A stretch of DNA of 47,256 nt, taken from NCBI GenBank assembly GCA_008081075.1, contig VMDB01000035.1, positions 1-47,256 of the forward strand, read 5' to 3'. Both the position numbers and the translations under genes were made by a program. Position 1 is the stretch's first letter. Each line of letters begins with the position of its first letter. The notes beneath the pieces were generated by a model. It searched no databases, was not told where the DNA came from, and saw nothing but the letters and a program-made list of their open reading frames with translations. Shown here one piece after another: positions 1 to 10,699 of this stretch. The stretch comes from Halieaceae bacterium (lineage in GTDB: Bacteria > Pseudomonadota > Gammaproteobacteria > Pseudomonadales > Halieaceae).

Positions 1-27
1 TCGGTTCAAATCCGGCCCCCGCTACCA
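1..27 (+). tRNA. 3' part of initiator tRNA-fMet (5' part outside the window)
   Basis: TCGGTTCAAATCCGGCCCCCGCTACCA: T-arm GGTTCAAATCC, acceptor strand and encoded CCA, nearly identical to bacterial tRNA-fMet; sits directly upstream of rimP-nusA-infB like metY. Confidence 0.9.
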
Positions 28-65
28 ATTTGACGGCGGCTTGTTGCTCGCTGACCGTCACCTCG

Positions 66-88
66 AAGGCCCCTTATGGGGCTTTTTT
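66..88 (+). terminator. Intrinsic terminator/attenuator between tRNA and rimP
   Basis: AAGGCCCC-TTAT-GGGGCTTT hairpin running into a T tract. Confidence 0.75.
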
Positions 89-125
89 GTGGCTGTGTGA
101 AATGAACGGCCAGCGGGAGGACGAC

Positions 126-602
126 ATGTCGGGAAAAGAAGCGCAGTTAATGCAGCTTTTACAGCCGACCGTCGAGGATATGGGGTACGGGTTGTGGGGT
201 ATTGAATTGACCTCCCCCGGACGGCGACCCACGGTTCGGATTTATATCGAATCCGAGGCCGGGGTGAGCGTTGATGACTGTGCCAAGGTGAGTCATCAGG
301 TGAGCGGTATTTTGGATGTAGAGGATCCCATCGGCGGGGAGTATACGCTGGAGGTTTCCTCTCCCGGTATCGACCGATTGCTGTTTCGGCCCGAGCAATA
401 TGAGCCGTATGTCGGGGAAATAGTCGATATCAGGCTGCGCCTGCCGGTAGAGGGAAGACGGCGGTTTAAGGGCGTTCTGGTCTCTGCAGATGGCGACACA
501 GTTGTTTTGCAGATTGACGAGGAAGCGTACCGATTGCCGTTACGCACCGTTGATAGGGCGCGGGCGATGCCCAGACTGGAGTTTGGGCAGAACAGAGAAT
601 GA
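126..602 (+). CDS. rimP: Ribosome maturation factor RimP
   Basis: DDCAKVS...LEVSSPGIDRLL motif; start moved from ORF-track 30 to ATG 126, which follows GGGAGG. Confidence 0.96.
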   Translation: MSGKEAQLMQLLQPTVEDMGYGLWGIELTSPGRRPTVRIYIESEAGVSVDDCAKVSHQVSGILDVEDPIGGEYTLEVSSPGIDRLLFRPEQYEPYVGEIVDIRLRLPVEGRRRFKGVLVSADGDTVVLQIDEEAYRLPLRTVDRARAMPRLEFGQNRE

Positions 603-666
603 AGCGGTGGTATTGGTTTAACAACGGGGCGACACGTGCCTTGGCTAAATGGCAGAGAGTGAATCG

Positions 667-2169
667 ATGAACAAAGAAATCCTGATGGTCGCAGAGGCGG
701 TCTCGAATGAAAAAGGGGTGTCAGAGGACATCATCTTTGAGGCAATCGAGCTGGCACTGGCCACTGCCACGAAAAAACGTTACGACGAGGATGCTGATAT
801 CTTGGTCACTATCGACCGCGAGTCGGGTGACTACGTGACCAAGCGGCGCTGGTTGGTGATGCCCGATACCGAGCTTGCGCTGTTGGGGACGCAGTTCACT
901 ACTGAAGAGGCAGCCGAGGTGAATACTGCCCTGCAGCCCGGTGATTACCACGAAGAAGTCGTTGAAAACGTTGATTTTGGTCGCATTGCAGCCCAAACGG
1001 CGAAACAGGTCATTGTCCAACGCGTTCGTGATGCTGAGCGGGCGCAAATAGTTGACGAGTATCGCGGCCGGGAGGGAGAGTTGCTGGCGGGTACGGTAAA
1101 GAAAGTCACCCGCGACAACATCATCGTCGATCTTGGCAATAACGCTGAGGGCCTGCTACCTCGGGGTGAGTTGGTAGGCAGAGAGACATTTCGTATCAAC
1201 GATCGCGTTCGAGCGATTTTAACGGAGATCAATACTGAATCTCGGGGACCGCAGCTCATTTTGTCCCGAGCCTGCCAGGAGATGCTGGTGGAGCTCTTCA
1301 AAATAGAAGTGCCCGAAATATCTGAGGGCGTGATTCAGATCAGGGCGGCGGCCAGAGATCCCGGCTCTCGCGCAAAGATTGCCGTCAAAACGGGAGACCA
1401 GCGCATTGACCCGGTAGGGGCATGTGTTGGGATGCGGGGGTCGAGGGTGCAGGCGGTTTCTAACGAGCTGGATAACGAACGGGTGGATATCATCCTGTGG
1501 GATGACAATCCGGCGCAGCTGGTTATCAACGCCATGTCACCGGCAGAGGTGGAGTCCATTGTTGTCGACGAGGACAACTCGACTATGGAGGTGGCCGTCG
1601 CGGAAGATAATCTGGCGCAGGCGATTGGCAGGGGCGGTCAGAATGTTCGCCTCGCCTCTGATCTCACAGGCTGGATCATCAACGTTATGAGTGTCGACGA
1701 AGCTATCGAGAAGCAGGAAACCGAGGCCGGCGAGGTCATTGAGCAGTTCATGACGGCACTGGATATTGACGAAGATATAGCGATTGTTCTTGTCGAGGAG
1801 GGCTTTACCACTCTCGAGGAGATTGCCTATGTCCCTCTGGAAGAAATGAACGCCATTGAGGGGTTTGACGAGGAAATCTCTGAAGAGTTGCGGGCACGCG
1901 CTAAAGATGCCTTGCTGACATTGGCCATTGCCTCGGAAGAGGAACTCGATGCCAATGAGCCTGCAGAAGACCTCTTGACGATGGATGGCATGGATAAGCA
2001 TCTCGCTTACGTATTGGCGGGGCGTGGCATTGTCACGATGGAAGACCTTGCTGAGCAGGGGGTGGACGACCTCCTTGATATAGAAGACATGACTGAAGAA
2101 CGTGCGGCAGAGCTCATTATGACAGCTCGCGCCCCTTGGTTCGCTGAGGAGGAGGAGGCAACGGCCTGA
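667..2169 (+). CDS. nusA: Transcription termination/antitermination factor NusA
   Basis: [18 protein letters not shown] start, [38 protein letters not shown], acidic C-terminal repeats; ATG 667 preferred over 649. Confidence 0.98.
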   Translation: MNKEILMVAEAVSNEKGVSEDIIFEAIELALATATKKRYDEDADILVTIDRESGDYVTKRRWLVMPDTELALLGTQFTTEEAAEVNTALQPGDYHEEVVENVDFGRIAAQTAKQVIVQRVRDAERAQIVDEYRGREGELLAGTVKKVTRDNIIVDLGNNAEGLLPRGELVGRETFRINDRVRAILTEINTESRGPQLILSRACQEMLVELFKIEVPEISEGVIQIRAAARDPGSRAKIAVKTGDQRIDPVGACVGMRGSRVQAVSNELDNERVDIILWDDNPAQLVINAMSPAEVESIVVDEDNSTMEVAVAEDNLAQAIGRGGQNVRLASDLTGWIINVMSVDEAIEKQETEAGEVIEQFMTALDIDEDIAIVLVEEGFTTLEEIAYVPLEEMNAIEGFDEEISEELRARAKDALLTLAIASEEELDANEPAEDLLTMDGMDKHLAYVLAGRGIVTMEDLAEQGVDDLLDIEDMTEERAAELIMTARAPWFAEEEEATA

Positions 2170-2222
2170 GTCTTGTCAGGTAGCGATTGCACTCTAGCGA
2201 CTGAGCGAATAGGGAGAAAGAA

Positions 2223-4844
2223 ATGGCACAAGTGACAGTAGCGCAACTCGCAGAAACCGTCGGAGCATCGGTTGATCGGCTGTTGGCGCAGATGAAAGAT
2301 GCGGGACTACCGCACGCCTCCGCAGAAGAGTCAGTGTCGGAAGAGGATAAGCAGACGCTGCTGGCGCATCTGAAGCAAAGCCATGGAGAGAGTGCCAGCG
2401 CACCGAAAAAGATTACGCTGAAGCGCAAATCTGTCAGTACGCTGCGTGCAGGTGGCGCGGGTAAAAGAACGATTAATGTAGAAGTCCGAAAAAAGCGGAC
2501 TTACGTCAAGCGTGAAGATCTCGAGGCCACAGAAACCGACGCTGAGGTCGATACTGAGGCTGCTGCCGAGAACAACGCAGCGGGCGCTGTTGATGCCGTG
2601 GCGTCGACGGCTGCGCAGAAAGCGACGGATGAAATGGTACCCGTAGATGTTGAGGGCGCCGTTGACGAATCGGACCCTGAATTGCTGCGGCAGCGAGCGG
2701 CGGCGAGGCGCAAGGCAGAGGAACAGGCAAGGAAACTGGAGCTGGATGCCGCAGTAAAAGCGCGGGCCGAAGAAGCTGCGCGTCAGGCGCAGGAGGCGGC
2801 CGCCCAACCCGGTGCCAAAGAGGCGGATCGAAAACCCAAAAGGCTTCATGCCGCCCCCACTAAAGAAAACACGCTATCCGCGCGCGAAGAGCTCCGCAAA
2901 CGCTCCGGCAAAGGGCGCCTTGAGCGCAGCGGCGTGCCGGGGTCTAGGGGTAAACAACGCGGACACAATCTGTCCTTTACCGAGCTAGAGGCCGCAGAGG
3001 CCGGTGTTGCGCGTCGTCGTGGTGGGCGCAAAAGAAAACTGCACGATGAGGTAAACCAGCACGGCTTTGCGCAGCCGACTGAAAAAATTATTTACGACGT
3101 CAACGTGCCGGAGAGCATCACGGTAGGTGATCTCGCGCAGCAGATGGCGGTTAAAGCGGGTCAGGTGATCAAGGAGCTGATGAACCTCGGCGTCATGGCT
3201 AACATCAATCAGGTATTGGATCAGGATACCGCGACCCTCGTGGTGGAGGAGCTGGGTCATCGCGTTGTGCTCAAGAGCGCCGAAGAGGTTGAGGAGAGGC
3301 TAGAGGAGACGCTGGCGAGCCAGGAAGGCACACCTGAGCCGCGCGCGCCGGTTGTGACTGTGATGGGCCACGTCGATCACGGTAAGACGTCCCTATTGGA
3401 CTACATTCGCAAGTCAAGGGTTGCAAGTGGCGAGGCGGGAGGCATCACCCAGCACATCGGTGCTTACCACGTTGAGACTGATAAGGGGATGATCACCTTC
3501 CTCGATACGCCCGGCCACGCCGCGTTTACAGCGATGCGTGCTCGGGGCGCTAAATCCACTGATATCGTAGTGCTGGTGGTGGCGGCAGATGATGGCGTCA
3601 TGCCGCAAACGGAAGAGGCGATTCAGCACGCCCGGGCGGCAGGAGTGCCCATTGTTGTCGCGGTGAACAAGATTGATAAAGAGGCCGCTGATCCCGAGCG
3701 TGTCAAGACAGAGCTCGCTGGCAAAGATGTTATCCCGGAGGATTGGGGTGGTGACACGCAGTTTATACCAGTGTCGGCTCACACCGGACAAGGTATCGAC
3801 GAACTGCTAGACGCTCTGTTGTTGCAGGCCGAACTGCTGGAGCTGACGGCGCCCGCTGACGTGCCTGCCTCCGGAATTGTTATTGAGTCCCGGCTGGATA
3901 AAGGGCGGGGTGTTGTAGCTTCCCTGTTGATACAACAGGGGACCTTGCGCCAGGGAGACATTGTGCTGGCGGGATTACAGTATGGTCGCGTCAGAGCGAT
4001 GCTCGATGAGAACGGCAATCAGATCAAGGAGGCTGGCCCCAGTATCCCTGTGGAGGTGCTTGGGCTTGATGGTACTCCCGACGCAGGAGATCCCGTTGTC
4101 GCGCTGGAGAGTGAAAAGAAAGCACGCGAGGTTGCCGACTTCCGCCAAGAAAAGATGCGTTCTTCCAAATTGGCGCGCCAGCAGGCCGCGAAATTGGACA
4201 ATATGTTCGAGACCATGACGGCGGGATCAGTAGAAACCCTAAACTTGATTATCAAGGCAGATGTTCGTGGTTCTTTTGAAGCACTTCAGGGTGCGCTGGC
4301 GGATCTGGGTAACGAAGAGGTAAAAGTCAATGTTGTCTCGGGTGGTGTTGGAGGCATCTCCGAGACCGACATCAGCCTCGCTGTAACCAGCTCTGCCATC
4401 ATTATTGGGTTTAACGCGCGAGCTGATACCAAAGCACGGGCAATGGCCGAGAATGAGGGCGTAGAGATTCGTTATTACAACGTTATTTACGATTTGATTG
4501 ATGATGTGCGCGCGGCGCTGTCCGGCATGCTTTCGCCCGAGATGCGCGAGGAGATTGTGGGCATCGCCGAGGTGCGCGACGTCTTCCGATCGCCCAAGTT
4601 TGGCTTGATCGCCGGATGCATGGTTATCGAAGGGACCGTTTTCCGATCCAAACCCATCCGTGTACTGCGCGACAGCGTGGTGATCTACGAGGGAGAGCTC
4701 GAATCCCTGCGTCGCTTTAAAGATGACGCCAATGAAGTACGTAACGGCACAGAGTGTGGCATCGGCGTGAAAAACTATACCGATGTGAAGGTGGGTGATC
4801 TTATCGAAGTTTTCGAAGTCAACGAGATCGCCAGGAGCCTCTGA
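2223..4844 (+). CDS. infB: Translation initiation factor IF-2
   Basis: [16 protein letters not shown] and NKID GTPase motifs; C-terminal LRRFKDD...ECGIG. Confidence 0.99.
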   Translation: MAQVTVAQLAETVGASVDRLLAQMKDAGLPHASAEESVSEEDKQTLLAHLKQSHGESASAPKKITLKRKSVSTLRAGGAGKRTINVEVRKKRTYVKREDLEATETDAEVDTEAAAENNAAGAVDAVASTAAQKATDEMVPVDVEGAVDESDPELLRQRAAARRKAEEQARKLELDAAVKARAEEAARQAQEAAAQPGAKEADRKPKRLHAAPTKENTLSAREELRKRSGKGRLERSGVPGSRGKQRGHNLSFTELEAAEAGVARRRGGRKRKLHDEVNQHGFAQPTEKIIYDVNVPESITVGDLAQQMAVKAGQVIKELMNLGVMANINQVLDQDTATLVVEELGHRVVLKSAEEVEERLEETLASQEGTPEPRAPVVTVMGHVDHGKTSLLDYIRKSRVASGEAGGITQHIGAYHVETDKGMITFLDTPGHAAFTAMRARGAKSTDIVVLVVAADDGVMPQTEEAIQHARAAGVPIVVAVNKIDKEAADPERVKTELAGKDVIPEDWGGDTQFIPVSAHTGQGIDELLDALLLQAELLELTAPADVPASGIVIESRLDKGRGVVASLLIQQGTLRQGDIVLAGLQYGRVRAMLDENGNQIKEAGPSIPVEVLGLDGTPDAGDPVVALESEKKAREVADFRQEKMRSSKLARQQAAKLDNMFETMTAGSVETLNLIIKADVRGSFEALQGALADLGNEEVKVNVVSGGVGGISETDISLAVTSSAIIIGFNARADTKARAMAENEGVEIRYYNVIYDLIDDVRAALSGMLSPEMREEIVGIAEVRDVFRSPKFGLIAGCMVIEGTVFRSKPIRVLRDSVVIYEGELESLRRFKDDANEVRNGTECGIGVKNYTDVKVGDLIEVFEVNEIARSL

Positions 4845-4853
4845 AGCCCGACC

Positions 4854-5267
4854 ATGGGAAAGGAATTTGAGCGCACCGAGCGGGTGAGTCAGTTCCTGCA
4901 CAAGGAGTTGGCTCACTTGCTGCAGACGGCCGTTCGGGACCCGCGTGTCGAGCAGGTTAACTTGACCGGTGTTGAGGTCAGTCGAGACCTTTCCTATGCC
5001 AGGGTGTTTTTTACGCTGATGGACGACGCTACGCCCGAGCACCGTGCGGAAATGACCCGCGTGCTCGAGAAGGTGGCGGGGTTTTTGAGATCCCAATTAG
5101 CCAAGGTTTCCTCGATGCGAACTGTGCCGCGGCTGGCGTTTCGATTTGACGAGAGCGTCGGCCGTGGTCGTGATATGGAAAGTTTGCTGAGAGAGGTGCG
5201 TCGGGCTGATGAAAAACTGGCCGCTATGTCGCCCTCGCTGCCGGAATCTGATTTTTCGGCGGATTAA
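4854..5267 (+). CDS. rbfA: Ribosome-binding factor A
   Basis: RDPR...VEVSRDLSYARVF...MRTVPRLAFRFDES; follows infB. Confidence 0.97.
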   Translation: MGKEFERTERVSQFLHKELAHLLQTAVRDPRVEQVNLTGVEVSRDLSYARVFFTLMDDATPEHRAEMTRVLEKVAGFLRSQLAKVSSMRTVPRLAFRFDESVGRGRDMESLLREVRRADEKLAAMSPSLPESDFSAD

Positions 5268-6190
5268 TGGGTCGAAGGAGAAAAGGGCGGCAGGTTAATG
5301 GACTGCTTGTGCTCGATAAGCCCGGAGGCATCACCTCGAACTCAGCGTTGCAGCGCGCCAAGCGATTATTCGGTGCTGCAAAAGCGGGGCATACCGGTAG
5401 TTTGGACCCCCTTGCAACGGGGGTATTACCGTTGTGTTTTGGCGAGGCCACCAAGTTTTCGCAATTTTTATTAGATGCCGATAAGGCTTATACCAGTTCA
5501 TTTGTATTGGGTGTGGGTACCGATACGGCAGATGCCGATGGCACTGTCCTTGCTCGGGTTTCCGCTTCGCATCTTACGTCCGACGCTGTTGTTGAGGCAC
5601 TCAGCGCACTGACCGGGCAGATTGATCAGATCCCACCGATGTACTCTGCGCTTAAGGTCGACGGAAGACCACTGTACAAGCTTGCCAGAGCAGGGCAGCA
5701 CATTGAACGAGAGGCGCGATCTGTGACGATACGCCGTTTTGACCTGCTCGCTTTCCATCCAGGAGAAATGGCGAGGGTGGATGTCTATGTGCTGTGCAGT
5801 AAGGGCACCTACATTCGTGTACTCGCCGAGGATCTTGGTGCAGCACTCGGGATCCCGGCTCACGTCAGTGCACTGAGGCGATGTCAGTCGGGCCCGTTTG
5901 ACCTCTCAAAGGCTGTCACCCTCGATCAATTGTCGCAGCAGAGGGAGGTGCAAAATGAGCAAGCGCTGGACGAATATCTCGCGCCTGTAGAGTCGTGCGT
6001 GCCGCATTTACCGCGCATCGAACTGTCCGAAGCCGCAACTTTTTACATGCGAAAGGGCCGCCCAGTGGTAGTGCCAAATGGGCTCCAGAGTGGTATGGTG
6101 CGCATCGCTGACGCCGAGGGATCGTTTTTGGGCGTCGGTCGTATTCAAGAAGACGGAAAATTAGCCCCAATGCGGCTTCTTTCCCAGTAA
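5267..6190 (+). CDS. truB: tRNA pseudouridine(55) synthase
   Basis: LDKPGG, GHTGSLDPLATGVL, PPMYSALK, CSKGTYIR. Confidence 0.98.
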   Translation: MGRRRKGRQVNGLLVLDKPGGITSNSALQRAKRLFGAAKAGHTGSLDPLATGVLPLCFGEATKFSQFLLDADKAYTSSFVLGVGTDTADADGTVLARVSASHLTSDAVVEALSALTGQIDQIPPMYSALKVDGRPLYKLARAGQHIEREARSVTIRRFDLLAFHPGEMARVDVYVLCSKGTYIRVLAEDLGAALGIPAHVSALRRCQSGPFDLSKAVTLDQLSQQREVQNEQALDEYLAPVESCVPHLPRIELSEAATFYMRKGRPVVVPNGLQSGMVRIADAEGSFLGVGRIQEDGKLAPMRLLSQ

Positions 6191-6194
6191 ATTT

Positions 6195-6267
6195 GCGGCA
6201 TAAGCCGCCTCACGAACCTATCTGTAAACCTGCACGGATGGGCTCGCTATCAACAAGCAGGTTGGAG
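6195..6267 (+). promoter_or_regulatory. Structured rpsO leader (small hairpin plus predicted H-type pseudoknot), putative S15 autoregulatory site
   Basis: GCGGC-ATAA-GCCGC hairpin 6195-6208; stem 6217-6225/6234-6242 whose loop AACCTGC (6227-6233) is complementary to GCAGGTT (6257-6263) directly before GGAG. Confidence 0.6.
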
Positions 6268-6275
6268 CAATAACC

Positions 6276-6545
6276 ATGGCGTTGGACGCAGCCGTAAAGG
6301 CACAAATTGTTAAGGATTATCAGCAGTCAGAGGGCGACACCGGTTCTCCGGAAGTGCAAGTCGCTTTGCTCACCGCAAACATCGAGCAACTGCAATCTCA
6401 TTTCAAAGAGCATGCTCAAGACCACCATTCACGTCGTGGTTTGATTCGCATGGTGAACCAGCGTCGAAAGTTACTCGACTACCTCAAGCATAAAGACACC
6501 GCCCGCTACGCGGAATTGATTAAGCGGTTGGGTCTGCGTCGCTGA
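6276..6545 (+). CDS. rpsO: 30S ribosomal protein S15
   Basis: 89 aa; [34 protein letters not shown]. Confidence 0.99.
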   Translation: MALDAAVKAQIVKDYQQSEGDTGSPEVQVALLTANIEQLQSHFKEHAQDHHSRRGLIRMVNQRRKLLDYLKHKDTARYAELIKRLGLRR

Positions 6546-6598
6546 GGATCAGTTAGGGCCGGCCAAGCGCCGGCCCCGTCATATTTGGAGAAAACACA

Positions 6599-8749
6599 GT
6601 GAATGTAGTTAAGAAAACGTTCCAGTATGGTGACCACGAGGTCACGCTGGAAACAGGCCGCATTGCGCGACAGGCGTCGGGCTCGGTCATGGTCACTATG
6701 GGCAGCACGAGCGTGCTGTGTACCGTTGTCGCAGAGCAAAAAGCGAAGCCGGGGCAGGGCTTTTTCCCGCTGTCGGTTCATTACATCGAAAAAACCTACT
6801 CGGTGGGTAAAATTCCCGGGGGCTTTTTTAAGCGCGAGGCGCGCCCCAGCGAAAAAGAGACCCTGACATCACGATTGATTGACCGCCCCATCCGGCCTCT
6901 ATTTGAAGATGGCTTTATGAATGAAGTGCAGGTTGTTTGTACGGTGATGTCAGCGGATAAAGAAACCGACCCTGATATTCCCGCCATGATCGGTACCTCG
7001 GCCGCGCTGTCGCTGTCGGGCTGCCCGTTTAATGGTCCGATTGGTGGTGCCCGTGTGGGTTTCACGGAAGCCAATGGCTACCTCCTGAACCCGAGTTATT
7101 CGGCCTTGGCTGAGAGCCAGCTGGATATGGTCGTGGCCGGGACGCGTGATGCGGTCTTGATGGTTGAATCTGAGGCGAAAGAGCTCACCGAAGATCAGAT
7201 GCTGGGTGCAGTGCTATTTGCCCATCAGGAGATGCAAACGGTCATTAACGCGATCAACGAATTGACTGCAGAAGCGGGCAAGCCGCGCTGGGACTGGCAA
7301 GCGCCAGAAGCCGACGCCGCGCTCGTAGAGGCGGTCTCGGCGGCCGCATCGGGCCCACTGGGCGAGGCCTATCGCATTACCGAGAAGGCCGCGCGCTATG
7401 AGCGAGTGGGTCAGGTGAAGGACGACGTCGTGGCGCAATTGGCCGTCGAAGGCGGTCCGTCGGAAGACGACGTCAAAGATGTTTTCAAGAGCCTCGAGAA
7501 GCAGATCGTTCGCGGGCGTATTCTGGCAGGCGAACCGCGTATTGACGGCCGTGATAACCGTACGGTGCGGGCAATTGCGTCAGAAGTGGATATTCTTCCC
7601 AAAGCTCACGGTTCGGCGCTTTTCACCCGCGGTGAGACGCAGGCTATTGGCGCAGTGACGTTGGGCTCTACCCGCGATGCGCAAATTATTGATGCCCTTG
7701 AAGGAGAGCGACGAGATCCCTTCATGCTGCATTACAACTTCCCCCCCTATTCAGTGGGTGAGGCGGGCCGAATTGGCTTCACCGGCCGCCGTGAGATCGG
7801 CCACGGGCGTCTGGCGCGCCGCGGTTTGGCAGCGGTACTCCCGAGCGAAGAGGAGTTTCCCTATACCGTGCGTGTGGTATCGGAGATCACCGAATCGAAT
7901 GGTTCCAGCTCAATGGCATCGGTATGTGTAGGCTCGCTCGCCATGATGGCCGCAGGGGTGCCGCTCTCGGCGCCGGTTGCTGGTATCGCGATGGGTCTGG
8001 TGAAAGAGGGCAATCAGTTCGCCGTCCTGACAGACATTCTCGGTGACGAGGATCATCTGGGCGATATGGACTTCAAGGTCGCCGGTACCGCGAAGGGTGT
8101 GACCGCCTTGCAGATGGACATCAAGATCGAAGGCATCAATGAAGAGATCATGGAGCGTGCGCTTGAACAAGCACTTGAGGCGCGCCTGCATATTCTTGGA
8201 CAGATGAATACGGTCTTGGATGCGCCGCGCCAGATTACCTCTGAGAACGCGCCAAGCATGACCACGTTGAAGGTCGATCAAGATAAGATCCGCGACATTA
8301 TCGGTAAGGGCGGCGCAACTATCCGCCAGATCACCGAAGAGTCGGGTGCTACAGTTGATATCGACGACGATGGCACCGTCAAGGTGTTTGGTCAGAACGC
8401 AGCAGCGCGTGACGCCGCTGTTGACATGATCATGGCGATCACTGCGGAAGCAGAGGTTGGAGAAATTTACACCGGTACGGTAGCGCGTATTGTTGATTTT
8501 GGCGCTTTCGTGACGATCCTGCCCGGCAAAGATGGTCTTGTGCACATCTCGCAAATCGCCGATGAGCGGGTCGAAAACGTCTCGGATTATCTGTCGGAAG
8601 GTCAGCAGGTGCAGGTCAAGGTGTTGGATGTAGACCAGCGTGGCCGAATCAAGTTGTCTATGCGCGAGGTTGCAGCGGAGGCCGGAGCGGCTGCTGATGC
8701 TGTGGACGCCGAAGATACACCCGAACCAGAATCTCTGGACCAAGAGTAA
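6599..8749 (+). CDS. pnp: Polyribonucleotide nucleotidyltransferase (PNPase)
   Basis: [52 protein letters not shown] and S1 domains; GTG start after GGAG. Confidence 0.99.
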   Translation: MNVVKKTFQYGDHEVTLETGRIARQASGSVMVTMGSTSVLCTVVAEQKAKPGQGFFPLSVHYIEKTYSVGKIPGGFFKREARPSEKETLTSRLIDRPIRPLFEDGFMNEVQVVCTVMSADKETDPDIPAMIGTSAALSLSGCPFNGPIGGARVGFTEANGYLLNPSYSALAESQLDMVVAGTRDAVLMVESEAKELTEDQMLGAVLFAHQEMQTVINAINELTAEAGKPRWDWQAPEADAALVEAVSAAASGPLGEAYRITEKAARYERVGQVKDDVVAQLAVEGGPSEDDVKDVFKSLEKQIVRGRILAGEPRIDGRDNRTVRAIASEVDILPKAHGSALFTRGETQAIGAVTLGSTRDAQIIDALEGERRDPFMLHYNFPPYSVGEAGRIGFTGRREIGHGRLARRGLAAVLPSEEEFPYTVRVVSEITESNGSSSMASVCVGSLAMMAAGVPLSAPVAGIAMGLVKEGNQFAVLTDILGDEDHLGDMDFKVAGTAKGVTALQMDIKIEGINEEIMERALEQALEARLHILGQMNTVLDAPRQITSENAPSMTTLKVDQDKIRDIIGKGGATIRQITEESGATVDIDDDGTVKVFGQNAAARDAAVDMIMAITAEAEVGEIYTGTVARIVDFGAFVTILPGKDGLVHISQIADERVENVSDYLSEGQQVQVKVLDVDQRGRIKLSMREVAAEAGAAADAVDAEDTPEPESLDQE

Positions 8750-8790
8750 CCCGATGTGGGCAGCACCCTCTGGTGCTGCAATCGAGAGAG

Positions 8791-8819
8791 AAGACCGCGG
8801 CCCGTCCGCGGTTTTTTTT
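8791..8819 (+). terminator. Intrinsic terminator after pnp
   Basis: AAGACCGCGG-CCCGT-CCGCGGTTTT followed by further Ts; a second hairpin GCAGCACC-CTCT-GGTGCTGC lies at 8760-8779. Confidence 0.85.
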
Positions 8820-8915
8820 ATTTCAGACTCTGGCTAACCGGATACGAAGCCGAATAGAACACTTGGCAAAAAAGACATCCATGAACGCGCTCAGAGTGTG
8901 ATCGGCTCGCGGCGG

Positions 8916-10601
8916 CTACCGGTGATAGACCACTTCACCGCCGACCAGTGTCATTACCACTTCGGTACTAAGGATCTTGGCTTCAGGTACCGTTAAAATA
9001 TCTTGCGACAGTACGGTCAAATCCGCCAGTTTTCCCACTTCGACAGAGCCCTTTTCTGTCTCTTCAAAGCCCGCGAATGCACCGGCCATTGTCATTGCAT
9101 ATAGCGCCTCGTATCGACTGAGGCGTTGCTCTGCCTCAAAGCCGTCTGGCGGGGTGCCCAACAGTGTTTTGCGGGTTACTGCCGCGTAAAAATTAGCAAT
9201 CGGGTTGACTGGCTCCACCGGGGCATCGGTCCCAGAGGCTATAACCACTCCTTGGTTCAGTAGCTCTTGCCAAATGTAGGCGCCAGTTTCGATGCGTTGG
9301 CGACCGAGTCGATCGATGGCCCAGGGTCGATCAGAGCTCAGATGAATGGGCTGCATCGATGCGATGACCCCTTGACGGGCAAACAGTGCACCATCGCCCG
9401 CTGCCAGGTGTTGCGCGTGCTCGATGCGAAAGCGATGATCGATCAGCCTTTGGGTGAAGGGCGCAAATACGCTTAGCACCTCCGAATTTGCCCGATCACC
9501 AATGGCGTGAACGTTTATTTGCCAACTGTCGTTGCGTGTTTTTTTAATCAGGGTACTGAGCGACTTCAAATCATAGGTAAGAACACCGCTGGTCTCTGGG
9601 GCGTCGGTGTAGGGGGCGTGAAGCCAGGCAGTGCGAGACCCGAGCGCGCCGTCGGCTTGGATTTTGATCGACCGCACCGTCAGACGATGATCCCCCAAAT
9701 TTAACTGCGGACCGCGATCAATCCACTCAGCCAAGGCTTTTGCGTCGCCGGCAGAAACCATAGTGTAGAGGCGCAGCAACAGATCCCCACGCTTAGCCAT
9801 CTGCGTCTGGGCTTCAATATCGACGTAAAGGGCACCGGCATCGTGGGCGGTGGTAATGCCCTGACTGAGCAAATGTTGCTGGGCGAGATCCACCAATTCG
9901 GCGGCAGTGTCAGTATCGTACTTCTGTAAAGGGAGCGTCAGGTCTATTGCGGTTTCATGCAGTAATCCGGTGGGTTGTCCATCTCGAAAGACGATGACTC
10001 CGCCCTCTGGGGCAACGGTCTCAGATGAGAGCCCCAATTGGTCCATAGCATTTTGGTTGAGGAGTACGGAATGTCCATTGGCGTGCTCGAGAAGGACGGG
10101 GTGATCAGGCACCATAGCGGAGAGGGCATGGTGGGTAGGAAACCCATCAAGGCTCCCTTCCGGTGCTTGTTCCCACTTGCTTTGATGCCAGCCTCTGCCC
10201 AGGAGGATGGCGCCAGGGCGCGTTGTTGCTGCTCGCGCCGTAACCCTCGCTACGAGTTCTTCATAGCTTTTAGCGCCGGTTAAATCCACCGAGCGCATCG
10301 CCGAACCGATGCCAGCAATGTGCACGTGGGCGTCAATCAGACCGGGATAAGCCACTGCGTCGCCAAGATCGATGACCTCGGTGTGTTCATCGACTCGCGC
10401 CATCGCGCCACTTTTGTTGCCAACGTAACTGAATCGTCCGTTCGCGATCGCTACGGCGTCGGCAATAGGTTGATTGGGGTCCATGGTATGGATATCGCCG
10501 ATCATTACCACATCTGCGGTGGAAGGCGTATCGGTTGATAAGTCGCAGCCGGCGGTAAGTGCGCCGATAACCATCACAGTATTTCGGATGAGTGCACGCA
10601 T
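8916..10601 (-). CDS. Amidohydrolase 3 (YtcJ-like) family metallohydrolase, probable lipoprotein
   Basis: PGLIDAHVH, KIQADGALGSRTA, VHAIGDRAN, RIEHAQ, SGTDAPV, GSVEVGKLADL; signal peptide ending LTAG-C. Confidence 0.88.
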   Translation of the reverse strand: MRALIRNTVMVIGALTAGCDLSTDTPSTADVVMIGDIHTMDPNQPIADAVAIANGRFSYVGNKSGAMARVDEHTEVIDLGDAVAYPGLIDAHVHIAGIGSAMRSVDLTGAKSYEELVARVTARAATTRPGAILLGRGWHQSKWEQAPEGSLDGFPTHHALSAMVPDHPVLLEHANGHSVLLNQNAMDQLGLSSETVAPEGGVIVFRDGQPTGLLHETAIDLTLPLQKYDTDTAAELVDLAQQHLLSQGITTAHDAGALYVDIEAQTQMAKRGDLLLRLYTMVSAGDAKALAEWIDRGPQLNLGDHRLTVRSIKIQADGALGSRTAWLHAPYTDAPETSGVLTYDLKSLSTLIKKTRNDSWQINVHAIGDRANSEVLSVFAPFTQRLIDHRFRIEHAQHLAAGDGALFARQGVIASMQPIHLSSDRPWAIDRLGRQRIETGAYIWQELLNQGVVIASGTDAPVEPVNPIANFYAAVTRKTLLGTPPDGFEAEQRLSRYEALYAMTMAGAFAGFEETEKGSVEVGKLADLTVLSQDILTVPEAKILSTEVVMTLVGGEVVYHR

Positions 10602-10649
10602 AATCGGAACTTCCCTCCAGCTTTACCTTAAGCGGTGTACGGACCAAAT

Positions 10650-10674
10650 AAAAAGGGGGCCATCAAGGCCCCCT
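10650..10674 (-). terminator. Intrinsic terminator after the TonB-dependent receptor
   Basis: Minus strand AGGGGGCC-TTGAT-GGCCCCCT followed by TTTT. Confidence 0.8.
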
Positions 10675-10699
10675 AATAATAAAGCGCTAGTAGCGCGAT

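Noticed and set aside
30-125. N-terminal extension of rimP in the ORF track
   Set aside because: It runs through the post-tRNA terminator; ATG 126 has a good RBS and gives a normal RimP length.
4239-5096. 285-aa antisense ORF over infB/rbfA, and the 277-aa ORF 7910-8743 over pnp
   Set aside because: Antisense shadows of conserved genes, with no recognisable motifs.
6556-6576. GC hairpin GGGCCGGC-CAAGC-GCCGGCCC between rpsO and pnp as a terminator or RNase III site
   Set aside because: No U tract and too short for a typical RNase III helix; function cannot be supported from sequence.
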